Shown piece after piece: positions 8,201-18,278 of a stretch of DNA of 52,410 nt. The notes under the pieces were generated by a model, which worked only from the letters and a program-made list of their open reading frames with translations, did no database searches and was not told the origin of the DNA. The stretch's first letter is position 1; each line of letters begins with the position of its first letter. The stretch is from a virus (lineage: Duplodnaviria > Caudoviricetes), in the IMG/VR virus record IMGVR_UViG_3300012953_000043, positions 1 through 52,410 of that record; one strand, given 5' to 3'. A program made the translations under genes and the position numbers.

Positions 8201-11200
8201 ACATCAACACCCATCTCATTAAGTCTTTCTGTAGCTTGAGTGTTAGCTGCTTCAGTACTAGCTTCTGCAGCTTTTGGATCTTTAATAGCATTTAGTAAAG
8301 TTTCTACTAACGCAACTGAGGTAGGATCATATTTATTAAATGCATCTGTAACAGCTACAACATCAAATTTATCTTTAAAAGCTGGGTTTTCAAGTAGTTT
8401 TTGTATATCTACATCTCTGTTCATTATCTCATCCACGCGCTCTCCAGCTTTCATTCTAACAGTTTCTAATAGAGTTTCACCTGTCATTGGATCTATATAG
8501 TTTTCTAATATAGATTTATTTTCAGAAACAAACCTAGTATAATTATAAGGAGAAGTACTACCATAAAGATTATCGATGCGATCTAAATTTCTTTTTGGAG
8601 ACATTACTTGAACCATTAAGTCCCAATCTTTAGTTTTAAGAGCATCAGCTGTGTTTCCTTTTAATATATCAACATAACCTTGATAAGATTGATTAGATGA
8701 ATCGTATACATGTTCTCCTTTAAACTTAGCCCATTCCTTAGCAGCGTATTCAGCATATTTAAATAAGTTGTCATATGTTTTCTTTCCAATCTTAATTGGT
8801 TGAGTAGCATCAACATCTCTATATTGATACAATACATCTTCATATCTTTCTTTATAAATAGGATTATCTACGCTAAAATCTTGATATCCTTCAGTAACAT
8901 AGAAATATTTAGTATTGTACATTGATCTTGGTCCATAAACTAAATTAGAGTTGAATTGTTCTAGATGTTTAACAAAACTCAAAGCATTTTCTAATTCAGC
9001 AATATCACCTTTACCACCGTTGTTTTTACTTACGACAAAATCATTTTTCATTGTTGCCCAAAACTTATAAAGATTTCCTAAAGCTTGTTGGGCTTCAGGT
9101 TTAAGTTCTTTAGCAACAGCGTTAATTTTTTCTTGTTGATCAGCACTAGGTTTGGTTTTTAACTCTCCTGTTTTTGAATCATAAGTTCCTTGTAAAATAC
9201 TTTTTATTTTACCAAATGCTCCTATGTTATTAGCTGTTATTTGACTCCAATCAATAGCGTTAAAATAGTCTTTAGCTTCTTGAGATACGTTAGGATTATC
9301 TAAAGCTTCTTTAAAGTTTTCAGGTTTAAACCATTCAGACCATAAACCAACTTCTTTATTTCCACTTGTTCTATCACCGATACCAAACATCTGAGTAATC
9401 ATTTCTTTACCCTTAGTTATATCATATCTATTCCCTGTTTTTTGAGTTAATTTATTTAATTCAGGAAAAGAAGTCATTACGAACTCGAAAAACTCTTGGT
9501 GTGTTTTATCAAATCTTTCTAATCGTTTTTCATCCCATTCTTTTTTACCATCTTTCTCTGAGTATAATGTTGCTTTTTGATTATCAAGACGCTTGAGCAT
9601 GCTTTTTACTTCAGTTGCATTTCTATTGAAGTTAGCCCCAACATTTTTTATGTTTTCTTCCTCACCTACAAACTCAGTAAACTTTTGTCCAAATCTTTTA
9701 GAACCTGCTTTTGTTTGAGTTTTCTGTAATATATCCATATCCACTTGCATTATATCTGCTAACATGGAGTCTGGAATATTTTCACGATCACCTTCTTTCC
9801 AATCCCTGTAATATTCAAAGAAATTTTTACCTTTTACAGGTTTATGTTTTTGGTTGTAATCATTGAATACTAATACTGCTTCAGCTACTTCATCATAGCC
9901 TTTCTGTTGCATTTCTTCTGAAAACAATACTCTTCCTTCAGAATCAGCCATCTTACTCATACCAGATCTTAACTGAGCCTCAATATTATTTAAGAATTGC
10001 TGTTCAGTATATTTTTCATATTCGGGCTTATCTATACCTTGTTGTAATATTTTTTGTTGGGTTTGAGCGTCTTTAGTTTGTCTAGCAAGTTGGTTACCAG
10101 TTGTCTTAGCCATTTCATTTAATATAGCTTCCAATCTATTCTTACCTCCCATTACGAAAGCAATAAAATTTTCTTTATCTATATTACTTTTAAAATCAAC
10201 AGGATTTTTTTCTTGCCATTTAGAACCAACTCCTTTGTCAGAAAAACCTTGTCCTGCCCCTACTCGATCTTTTTTAGTATAAAATTCGTTTAGCAATACA
10301 TTTCTTACTCCAGTAGTTTGACCTCCTCTAGTAGTAAAAGATTCACTAGTTAAATTTTCAGGTAGAAGTTGATATATAGTTTCCCAATGTTCATTTAAAA
10401 AAGTATTCCAATGTTCTTTTTCTTTTGCTCCCCATTTTAATCCGCCATCTTTAGCTGTATGTATTTCTGGTCCGAACTGTTCTCTAATACTCATTTCTAA
10501 AGCTCTTCCTAAAGGAACTTCAGTTCCATCTTCCAGAGTTATTTTTTCAGTATGCAAGCCTTTCATTGTAAAATCTTCCAAACCTAATTTACCTAAAGCC
10601 TCATTTACCATACCAATCATTTCATTGGTATTCATATTAAATTCTTCAGATAGTATTTTTTCAGCGTCTACACCGGAAAGACTTCGATCTCTATTGTTTC
10701 CTTTTGATATAGAACCTTTTTGTCCCTCAATATTGTAGTCTAAAGTATACTCAGGAGAACCTTCAGTTAGATAACCTTTATCAATTTGCTGCATGGTTAT
10801 ATCCCACGCATTTGTCATTTCTTCACCACTAGAACTTGCCTGCTGATCAGGTCTTTGTGGAAAGTACTCACCAGATTCTTTAGTTAGTTTGTCTAGGTTT
10901 TTATCAATATAATTTCCTAACTTGTGGCTTAAAGTAGATTGTAAATGAGTTGAAAAAGCGCCTTTACTAGGGTTATAGCTTTTTACAGCATCAGTATAAT
11001 ACTTATATATCTCCGCGTTCCAGTCAGATCTAGTAATACCTTCTCCTAAATTAGGATTATATTTAGCTCTTTCTGCTTGCAAAATACCTTGGTTATCTTC
11101 AAATAACTGGTTGTCAGCTCTAACTCTTCTAGAATCAAATTGAGGAATACTTAGATCTTTTATTATCTCCATATTCTTTGCGTTTCTTATTCTTATCTCT

Positions 11201-14200
11201 AACGAGCTATCTTTATCAGAAACATTTGAAATCATATCTTTTGCTAACTTGATTTTCAAATTCAAACCATCTATTCTGTCTTGATAATCTTCTTTAGTCA
11301 TATCGCCAGCCATGTACTGATGACTAGCCTTAGACTTTTCTTTTATTAATTCTTTCTTTTTAGCTTCAAATTCCTTTAACTCTTCGCTCCATTCAATAAC
11401 TTTACCTTCAAGATCCTCAACTGTAGCTTCAACCTCTTCAACATCTTTGTCAGATAGATCCACTTTTTTACCAGCCATTACCGCCATTACCTTGTTTCTA
11501 TAAGACATTCCTCCTTTACGTGTATCTGCAGCATAGCCCAAAAGAAAGTTCATCATACCTTCAGGAGATAACTCAAACTCTGCATCTGACATACCCATTT
11601 GTTTAGCTCCTGCTTTAAGTTCTGATCCAATTAACTCAGCCATTTGCTCAATGTCATTGTAACCGTAATCTAACTCTCCTTTAAGTAAAGCTTCAGCATA
11701 GTAGTTTAACCATTCTATACTACCCTGAGGGTCTCGTTGATAACTACCATCTTTAGATAAACGTTGTAAGATTATTTTTCGTTGAGGTTCAGTAAGAAGA
11801 TTCTTGAATTTTTTTACAAATTCTCTAGCTTTTATTTGGCCACCTCTTACCCACTTACCTTCAGCTGTTTTAAAACCTTTTTGACGAAGTATGTCATTAA
11901 CCCAATGGTGAATATTTTCATGTTGACCAGTAGCCCAATCCCCTATTCTCGCGTTCATCATGGTTTTAAGCTCGTTACCGATATACTCTTTGTCAACTAT
12001 AGCTATATTGTTTCCTGAGGCGTCTTTAAATGAGAATCCTTTAGAACCTACATCTGCTGCGTTATCTATTATAAATTTTTTTTGTGCTTGCAAATCTTTT
12101 AAAAGATCTAAATCTCCAGCTAAATCAGCTTGTTCAATTTCATAATCTAAATCATCTAGTTTTTGATTATCTTCAACAGTAAATTGTTTTCCATATTCAA
12201 CTTTTCTTTTTAAGCGCATTAACTCTGGTGCCATAGCTGGATCGTTTGCAGCTAATTCATCAATTCTTGCTACTACTTCTGCTGTAGTTTCATAAACCTC
12301 TGTTCCTTCTTCTTGGGCTTTGTCAAGTAGCTTTTCTCCTTCTTCTTTCGTCTTTTTCTTTTGTTCAGTTATTAAGTCAATTTGTTTCTGTAGTTGAGCA
12401 TCAACTTTTCCTTGAGCCATTTCAAGGTTTAAGGTATTAACACTATTAGGGTTGTTTTTAAATTCTTCTTTAGCTACATCTAATATATCTACTAAATTAG
12501 TATATTTCTGCTCATTTCTTATATACTGTTGTTGTTCTGGAGAACCAGCTTTAAAACCATATCTAAAAGTGGCAGCTTGTATATTTTCCGCTACAGCGGT
12601 CCACTTACCTAACCATTGTGAAATCTGAGTTTCAGTCCACCCTGCTTCTGTTAACATTACTTTTAAAGCGTTGTTACTAGTATTACCTATAAACTGTAAC
12701 TCTCTAGAACTAGGTACCCATCCTTGTTTTTGGCCAACAGCTGTTTTTGCAAAGTCATCTGGATCATATGCTCCTGCAGCAGTGCTTTTATCATACAAGT
12801 GTATAGCTGCTTGAGTCTCGTTAACAGCGTGAGAAAAGTTTTGCGCAGTGCTAATTTCATGGTGATTAACTAGATTTTCAACAGTAACTCCTCCACCTTG
12901 TAAGAAGTCGTAAATTTTTGTCATTGCCGCTATGTCAGGATTACTAGCCCCTTCTCCATTATTTTTCTGGTTAGCTTTAGATCTCATTAGTTCTCCAATC
13001 TCTTGCAAACTTTTACCTTTTATCTCACTAATTGAAATCCCTAATTGTTTAAAATCGTTTTTAATGCTTTCGTAAATTCTATCAGAATTACTCTCATCAC
13101 CAATATTAAGTCCTCTGTTCTTCTTTGCTTTAGAAGCCGCTTTATCAATATTGTTGGTTCTAGTGCCTAAAGGAGTTTTAGGATCATAGAAAGACTTTCT
13201 ACTGCCACCTAGAGTACTTGCAAAGCTTCTTCTGTCAACATCTAATAATCTTTTAGCATCGAGCTTAAATTTATTAAACATTGCCCTATTAGCTTTGTCT
13301 GGTAAAAGTAGTCTATTAGCAACTAAAAACCCCATTGTATTAGCCCAATCTTTAGGATCAACAAAGTTTAAAAAAGCTTCCGCAATCAAACCAGAATCAT
13401 CTGGGTTTTCAACAGCGTGCCCAAGCCCTTCAAAAAAACCACCAGTTTTTAAAACAAGACCACCCTTAAGTATTGCTTCACTTTGCACTCCAAACTCTTC
13501 TATAGTTGCTGGAAACCCCGTTTTCTTTAATACATTATGTATTTTTTTTAACTGATTGGCTTTTGCAGGATTAGCTTTAACCCATTTAGGATCATCTAGC
13601 TTAGATAAGAAACCAGCAGGGGCTCTATTCAATACCGTTCTCATAGTAGCGATACCTATAGGAAAATAAAATGGATTCATTTCTTCCTGCCATATAACAT
13701 CATTAGCTGCTACAATACCTACTTCTTCAGCATAATACATGCTCCAGTCAATCATACTTTTAGTAGCTTTACCACCGTTACCAGCTGAAACTTTTGTTGC
13801 TAAAGCGCTATAACTACTTCCAGTTTTAGCTTGAGTAGCTACTCCTCTTAAACCTGTGTAACCATATTTTGCGTCTCCGTAAAGTACTCTAGTCAAGGTA
13901 CCGCCAACTAACTTTCTCGTTAATAAAAACTCTGCGGCTATAATTGCAAAATCAAAACTTCCTTGTCCAAAGCTTCTCCATGCGCTACTTTCATAAAAAG
14001 CATCTCTTTCTACCTTAGTCATACTGTTCCATAACTCTGGAAAATCTTCTTGAAAATGATTAGCCCAGACAGTTTTTTCTTCATCAGGAGATACGTTATC
14101 CACTCCTAACCATTCAGCAGCTCTATCTGTAAAACCATCTACTGTACCATCTCTTTCTAAGGTTAATGGATCAAAGTTCATTAAATAAGCTCTAGATGTA

Positions 14201-16212
14201 ACTGTTAGTTTGTTTATTAAATTATTCCATTGGTGTTCAATTGGACTGTCAGGATAATGGAATTTTTTTAACTTCCCCCAGCCTGCATTATCCCCCGCTC
14301 CAAGTACAAATGGGACTAATCCCTCTAAACTCCCTTGGTCTGCTATTTTATCAATTACCTTTAGAAGATCTTTATTCCACGCAGTCATTTGAGATCCAAA
14401 ATTACCTGATTCAGACATTAGCTTTGCCGCGGCAACTACATCAAAGGATTGATCCATTATGTTTTCGAGTAGTTGATCTTCATCAGTAAACCTAAATTCT
14501 GACTGTACAAACTGTTCTAGTGGGATAAGATTATACTTAGTAACATCTTCCGGATCTATTTCATCTCTTCTAAATAAGTTACCAGTTTGAGGATTATAAA
14601 GCATTTCGGTGTCTTCTTCAACACCATCAACATCTTGTTTTTGAATATATGATTTCCATTCTGATTGTAAATTTTCAAATTCTTCTACGCTTGAGGCATG
14701 AGCCATTTTATACTTCATGTCTGCTGCATATTCTAAATCCCAAGTAACAGGAAGGAAAGATCTTTGTATTGACTTTATAGTTTGTTTTTGTTGAATATAA
14801 GCTGCTTGTTGTAGTGGTGTTCCTTTTTCGGGATCAAAAGGTTTACCATTAAACATGGTTGTAGTACCATTAAGTCTTGATTTAGTTAGTTCTCCTTCTT
14901 CATCAACACCCATTATGTTATAAAGATTATCTCTTCTAGTAACTTGCGCATCATTATCTATAACATACCGAAGTACTCCTTCAAATCTAGGTTGATTTAA
15001 AGTTTCTATGAGCAAGTTATTTAATCCTTCTTGTGGGGTTTCAGTGAATCCAGTTTGACTAGTAAGCATTTCTTCTTCAGCTTCTCTGTCTTTATCACTC
15101 ATATATGTTTCATCTTGAAACTGTACTAACCCTAAATAATACAATGTTTCTCTACTGGGTTGTATAACGTCAGGACCACTAATTAATAATTGAGTAATCT
15201 CGTCTAAAACATTAGCAGGCATTCTTTGAGGAACATTATTATTTCCCAAAGGAACACCAGCCATACCAATAATATTTCCATCAGGATCAATAATTATTGC
15301 TTCATTACCTTCTTCTTGACGATAGTCGTTTATTACCCCAACATTGTTCTGTATCATAAACCACTTTTCGTTCTCAGTCATTTGCTGAGTTGAAGCTAAA
15401 ATATCTAAATTAGCAGTAACCTCTTCTTCGCTTGGTTGAGGAAGTTGACTTTGAACATCTTCTTGGAAGGATTCACTTTGTTGTCTTAACTCACTAGGTT
15501 GTACTCCCTGCGACGTTAAAGTTTTTTGTTGGTCTTCTGAAGAACTAGTTGTTTGAATTTTTTCAACTTTATTAGGAGAGTTATTTATATTACCTAGTTC
15601 TAATATATATTCATAAGTTACACCTGCTTGTCTAAGTTCAGGCGTTATTTCAATAAAAGTATACCCATAACCTTCTAATAAACCTAGATTTTCTGGAGAA
15701 GCAGGAACTGCAACTCCATTTGAAGCCTGTGAAATAACTTGTTTTAGTTTAGTTTGATTTATTTCGTTTAATGGGTTATAAACCCTTTCTCCATTATCTA
15801 AAACAACAGTAGAACCTTCTTCATCTTGCATAGTAGAAAGTTCTAATAAGTTTGTCTCCCAGTCATTTAGTTCATAGTCTGCATCATCCCCAACTTTACT
15901 CTCAACGTTTTCCACAATCGTGTTTAGTTCATCTAAACCTTCTTGAGCTGTATTTTCAGGTTTTTTACCTTCAGCTTTATCTAATCTAGCTAAAGCTTTT
16001 TTCCCTTCTATTTCATCTGCTACAGCTTGGTTTTTAACACTAACCTCTTGTCCACGTTCGTCTTTAGTTACTACGGTTCCTTCCGGAGCACATGGTAAGC
16101 AATTACCATCTGGATCTCTTCCTGGTGAACTTCCATCAGGACACTCCGGACACGGTGAGTCAGCTTGAGTATTATCTTCTACAAACTCTTCTACTTCTAG
16201 ATCTTCTGCCAT
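5290..16212 (-). CDS. Giant polyvalent internal virion/ejection protein (3640 aa) with zincin, sigma-like and HAD-like segments
   Basis: Last gene of the ejection-protein cluster; HENIH (11908-11922); YNPSKGAFSTHL (10942-10977); DFDDVL/LITAR/ISED (about 7530-8035); helical, partly hydrophobic C-terminus. Confidence 0.7.
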   Translation of the reverse strand: MAEDLEVEEFVEDNTQADSPCPECPDGSSPGRDPDGNCLPCAPEGTVVTKDERGQEVSVKNQAVADEIEGKKALARLDKAEGKKPENTAQEGLDELNTIVENVESKVGDDADYELNDWETNLLELSTMQDEEGSTVVLDNGERVYNPLNEINQTKLKQVISQASNGVAVPASPENLGLLEGYGYTFIEITPELRQAGVTYEYILELGNINNSPNKVEKIQTTSSSEDQQKTLTSQGVQPSELRQQSESFQEDVQSQLPQPSEEEVTANLDILASTQQMTENEKWFMIQNNVGVINDYRQEEGNEAIIIDPDGNIIGMAGVPLGNNNVPQRMPANVLDEITQLLISGPDVIQPSRETLYYLGLVQFQDETYMSDKDREAEEEMLTSQTGFTETPQEGLNNLLIETLNQPRFEGVLRYVIDNDAQVTRRDNLYNIMGVDEEGELTKSRLNGTTTMFNGKPFDPEKGTPLQQAAYIQQKQTIKSIQRSFLPVTWDLEYAADMKYKMAHASSVEEFENLQSEWKSYIQKQDVDGVEEDTEMLYNPQTGNLFRRDEIDPEDVTKYNLIPLEQFVQSEFRFTDEDQLLENIMDQSFDVVAAAKLMSESGNFGSQMTAWNKDLLKVIDKIADQGSLEGLVPFVLGAGDNAGWGKLKKFHYPDSPIEHQWNNLINKLTVTSRAYLMNFDPLTLERDGTVDGFTDRAAEWLGVDNVSPDEEKTVWANHFQEDFPELWNSMTKVERDAFYESSAWRSFGQGSFDFAIIAAEFLLTRKLVGGTLTRVLYGDAKYGYTGLRGVATQAKTGSSYSALATKVSAGNGGKATKSMIDWSMYYAEEVGIVAANDVIWQEEMNPFYFPIGIATMRTVLNRAPAGFLSKLDDPKWVKANPAKANQLKKIHNVLKKTGFPATIEEFGVQSEAILKGGLVLKTGGFFEGLGHAVENPDDSGLIAEAFLNFVDPKDWANTMGFLVANRLLLPDKANRAMFNKFKLDAKRLLDVDRRSFASTLGGSRKSFYDPKTPLGTRTNNIDKAASKAKKNRGLNIGDESNSDRIYESIKNDFKQLGISISEIKGKSLQEIGELMRSKANQKNNGEGASNPDIAAMTKIYDFLQGGGVTVENLVNHHEISTAQNFSHAVNETQAAIHLYDKSTAAGAYDPDDFAKTAVGQKQGWVPSSRELQFIGNTSNNALKVMLTEAGWTETQISQWLGKWTAVAENIQAATFRYGFKAGSPEQQQYIRNEQKYTNLVDILDVAKEEFKNNPNSVNTLNLEMAQGKVDAQLQKQIDLITEQKKKTKEEGEKLLDKAQEEGTEVYETTAEVVARIDELAANDPAMAPELMRLKRKVEYGKQFTVEDNQKLDDLDYEIEQADLAGDLDLLKDLQAQKKFIIDNAADVGSKGFSFKDASGNNIAIVDKEYIGNELKTMMNARIGDWATGQHENIHHWVNDILRQKGFKTAEGKWVRGGQIKAREFVKKFKNLLTEPQRKIILQRLSKDGSYQRDPQGSIEWLNYYAEALLKGELDYGYNDIEQMAELIGSELKAGAKQMGMSDAEFELSPEGMMNFLLGYAADTRKGGMSYRNKVMAVMAGKKVDLSDKDVEEVEATVEDLEGKVIEWSEELKEFEAKKKELIKEKSKASHQYMAGDMTKEDYQDRIDGLNLKIKLAKDMISNVSDKDSSLEIRIRNAKNMEIIKDLSIPQFDSRRVRADNQLFEDNQGILQAERAKYNPNLGEGITRSDWNAEIYKYYTDAVKSYNPSKGAFSTHLQSTLSHKLGNYIDKNLDKLTKESGEYFPQRPDQQASSSGEEMTNAWDITMQQIDKGYLTEGSPEYTLDYNIEGQKGSISKGNNRDRSLSGVDAEKILSEEFNMNTNEMIGMVNEALGKLGLEDFTMKGLHTEKITLEDGTEVPLGRALEMSIREQFGPEIHTAKDGGLKWGAKEKEHWNTFLNEHWETIYQLLPENLTSESFTTRGGQTTGVRNVLLNEFYTKKDRVGAGQGFSDKGVGSKWQEKNPVDFKSNIDKENFIAFVMGGKNRLEAILNEMAKTTGNQLARQTKDAQTQQKILQQGIDKPEYEKYTEQQFLNNIEAQLRSGMSKMADSEGRVLFSEEMQQKGYDEVAEAVLVFNDYNQKHKPVKGKNFFEYYRDWKEGDRENIPDSMLADIMQVDMDILQKTQTKAGSKRFGQKFTEFVGEEENIKNVGANFNRNATEVKSMLKRLDNQKATLYSEKDGKKEWDEKRLERFDKTHQEFFEFVMTSFPELNKLTQKTGNRYDITKGKEMITQMFGIGDRTSGNKEVGLWSEWFKPENFKEALDNPNVSQEAKDYFNAIDWSQITANNIGAFGKIKSILQGTYDSKTGELKTKPSADQQEKINAVAKELKPEAQQALGNLYKFWATMKNDFVVSKNNGGKGDIAELENALSFVKHLEQFNSNLVYGPRSMYNTKYFYVTEGYQDFSVDNPIYKERYEDVLYQYRDVDATQPIKIGKKTYDNLFKYAEYAAKEWAKFKGEHVYDSSNQSYQGYVDILKGNTADALKTKDWDLMVQVMSPKRNLDRIDNLYGSTSPYNYTRFVSENKSILENYIDPMTGETLLETVRMKAGERVDEIMNRDVDIQKLLENPAFKDKFDVVAVTDAFNKYDPTSVALVETLLNAIKDPKAAEASTEAANTQATERLNEMGVDVEIKGLTETEANHVTQMSEEFQNHEGTVDKKLGIPTKEVNAEVGVLNGVMEEVTAEMSDFDDVLGSSDTIIKYTTTDGVVHEITQDVFNAKKLEIESAEDFVADSWDYEGFNSMDTAVEGPDFQYQLDTWNRLVEEGRPEDYFLITARGPAGRANYVEWMNNHGFKGFTEDNLITTQGTLIEGASDHVWDNKKVIMGLLELVSGQRGKFYNKINISEDYKPTIEAFEVALDQLGLAGEQRHIIEESSELFGLEDKTNAVDILLEESFGIDRIKEYSAVRAHQIGEKSGKRTGLLGPQYQDMEGLYYGLISPGKQGEAQLKYLNENHLDVYLDNQMKHEGETIRMGKEYNVLREENNTILKDKDKVLKLKGVGTEYTLEDVIRIGAWQAVGTEINGIAKSDLTAINNYLSEHPEIAAFSQRLIGVSKLGTYEGMTNDASWKAGSIEGDLYSTLRGSVRDNVFQPFYIADALLFPERNENKIRVARGNAFGDEFNTMRQTMRDGTNRLGQGNIQDQKYLNYFTQWQQAVMSVNFRSMAMQTTSLTNFINVSDNNIFAAGKAFANQPRYWKDVAEIWNDDWARARRGGGNEIASAEIIELLKTSKGNKMQTFLNYMLEKGYKPAQMGDIAAIVFGGAPLLHNRTQTYIKKGMSYEDARAKAMKDVYKKVQRNQQSRLPGFLGNWQKSMRGRIFGGFHTTQFAYAREIDKSLRDIKNGRGSLKENLSKVLNYGVLQPAAFAAGQGGLFMLLAGGYSEEEAKEMMLLTGRTAGGNVMQGFGMPGILLDVSLQAGEELYKQYQKEGTWPGPDYSKALMKFLNLSPAIGGKLKQFLGAANAIKYQTSVTRNGKKYTIDYKVYDPNNPKFEAATKSLQAIFNIPTENFRKLYANAWAIGLKTMDPAAWDAGDILKVNALIMGWPEWQVTNQADKDAKRASEKKQILEENSEQMMEDRFNKDNWGDKDDKDPFDKADNW

Positions 16213-16223
16213 ATAATATTAGA

Positions 16224-18263
16224 TTAAGGATTGTTTTTTTGCCATTTTGCAAAACATTTTTTACCTTGGCTAGTGCTGTAATCAGCTAAGCAATTATCTT
16301 TTTTAAACTTTTTAATTGCAGCTGCTTTTTCAGCTTTAGTTCCTGTTAAAGTCCTCATTTTCATTCTTATTTCATCTTGAACGAAAGCATGATACTGAGC
16401 TTGAGGAGTATTAAGACTTTGTCTTTGTTGGGGAGCTATTTTTGCTGCATCTGTCATTAATGTTGCTAACGCTTCAGGTGTATCATATAGACTAGCATCT
16501 ACAACACCATCTTGAATACTACTTGGGTTATCTGTGTTATAAACCGTAGTACTACCTTCGTTTATAGCCCAATCAATAGCTTCATCTAAACTACCAAAAC
16601 CAAATTTATCTGCCGCAGCTTTTGTAAAGTATTTACCCACATTATTACCATTTTGTCTCATTGTGGCAATTTCTTGTATGGTTTTACCTCCACCTGGAGC
16701 TAATAGTAAATCAGAACCAACATAATAACCAGTTTTACCTCCAGGCACTTGTGTGTTCAATGTTTTAACTAAATCATTAACAGCATCTCCTTTTTTGTGA
16801 TGACCTGCAACATTAGGTCCAAGGTTATCATTATCACTATAGTAATCTTTTGCTTTACTATAGTTTATATTATAACGATTTTGCCAAACCTTTTGATTTT
16901 TTTCACCTGAAGTCTGTCTGTATTGCTTTTTAGTTCCTGCTTTGTGAGGTTTTCTTGAATGTTCAACATCTTGTTTATTATAAGCAGGATTATCTAATAT
17001 CATTTGACTGTGACCTAAGCCTAAAACTTTTCTTTGCCACTGAACTTGATTGTTGTTTTGAGTTTGACTATTATTCATGTAACCAATATATGGACCGAAA
17101 GAGGTTGTTCCTCCTTCTTTAAATTGATCTATAGGATCTGTACCTTGCTGATATACTTGATCGTCACCATAAAACGTTTTTCTTAATTCTACATCTACAG
17201 CATTTAAAGTTTCTCCAGCTTCTAATTTCCTGTTAGTTTCTTCTAATCCATTTAACGCATAAGTTAAAGATTGACCCCATACACTTGTAGAATATTTTTT
17301 ATCATTTAAAGTAGCGGTATAATTATAATTAACTAAATTTTCAGCTAATTTTTCTCTTGCTGGACCATAACTTTTTGTTTGAACATCTTCATTTGTTGCT
17401 GGGTCATATACGGTAATAGTTTCTGCTGTAAAAATTTCATTAAGTCCTGGAACAGTATCTGTACCTTCCATAACAATATCATTGGTTATATTCATATCTC
17501 CTAACGTAGGAAAAAATTGAGGTCTATTTTTTGGATCTCCAAACTGTTGTATTAATCCTGAGTTGCTTATTTTAAACTCACTACCACCAAAACCTTCAGA
17601 AGTGTATTCTTTTTCCCAATCATCAATCTCTCCACTTCCATCTATATCTACAACATATTCTTCTGTGTCAGGATCGAACAAAGATGCTCTATCTACAGTC
17701 CAAAATCCCTTCATATAGTCAGCACTTTCTGGATCTCTATTTATTTTAAATTTAATATTTTTACCACCATTGTATTTTTTATCTATAGCAATGGCTAATA
17801 AAGCAGGGTCTACTTGATCTAAATTTATTGAGTTAGGAGTTCCTTGTTCAAAATCTAAAGTTTTATCAAAATCTTGAAATAAAGCATCAGATACTTGAAC
17901 ACCGTTAGCTATTTGCTCAGGCAAGCTTCTTAAGTAAGACATGTAATCTTTGTCAGCATTATCCAAAGATCCAGCTTTTTCCCAGTATTCTTCTCTTAAT
18001 TCTTTAACAGTCTCCATAACACTACTATCTGATTGATCGATACCAGCCGCCTCTAAAGACTTATTAAACTCATCATAATCTTTTATCTTTCTCTTCTCCA
18101 ATTCATCTTGAAGTTTTTGAGTTTGAGCCCTTCTACCAGCTTGTGCTTTAGCCATAGAATCATATGTCTTAAGTAAATCATCATTAAATTTAGCATGCGC
18201 AGCTGTCATACTTTGCAGGCCTGTAGAATTTTTAATTATATCTGGTTGTCTATATGTTCCCAT
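16224..18263 (-). CDS. Putative internal virion/ejection protein (679 aa)
   Basis: Lies between the pilot-like and giant genes; N-terminal coiled coil; EF-hand-like loop DIDGSGEIDDWE. Confidence 0.55.
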   Translation of the reverse strand: MGTYRQPDIIKNSTGLQSMTAAHAKFNDDLLKTYDSMAKAQAGRRAQTQKLQDELEKRKIKDYDEFNKSLEAAGIDQSDSSVMETVKELREEYWEKAGSLDNADKDYMSYLRSLPEQIANGVQVSDALFQDFDKTLDFEQGTPNSINLDQVDPALLAIAIDKKYNGGKNIKFKINRDPESADYMKGFWTVDRASLFDPDTEEYVVDIDGSGEIDDWEKEYTSEGFGGSEFKISNSGLIQQFGDPKNRPQFFPTLGDMNITNDIVMEGTDTVPGLNEIFTAETITVYDPATNEDVQTKSYGPAREKLAENLVNYNYTATLNDKKYSTSVWGQSLTYALNGLEETNRKLEAGETLNAVDVELRKTFYGDDQVYQQGTDPIDQFKEGGTTSFGPYIGYMNNSQTQNNNQVQWQRKVLGLGHSQMILDNPAYNKQDVEHSRKPHKAGTKKQYRQTSGEKNQKVWQNRYNINYSKAKDYYSDNDNLGPNVAGHHKKGDAVNDLVKTLNTQVPGGKTGYYVGSDLLLAPGGGKTIQEIATMRQNGNNVGKYFTKAAADKFGFGSLDEAIDWAINEGSTTVYNTDNPSSIQDGVVDASLYDTPEALATLMTDAAKIAPQQRQSLNTPQAQYHAFVQDEIRMKMRTLTGTKAEKAAAIKKFKKDNCLADYSTSQGKKCFAKWQKNNP

Positions 18264-18278
18264 TTTTAAATTTTAATT

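Noticed and set aside
5290-16212. Giant protein as a crAss-like or N4-like virion RNA polymerase
   Set aside because: No DFDGD/DFDID double-psi catalytic motif or clear T7-type motifs found by eye; DFDDVL fits a HAD context better. A profile search is needed to exclude it fully.
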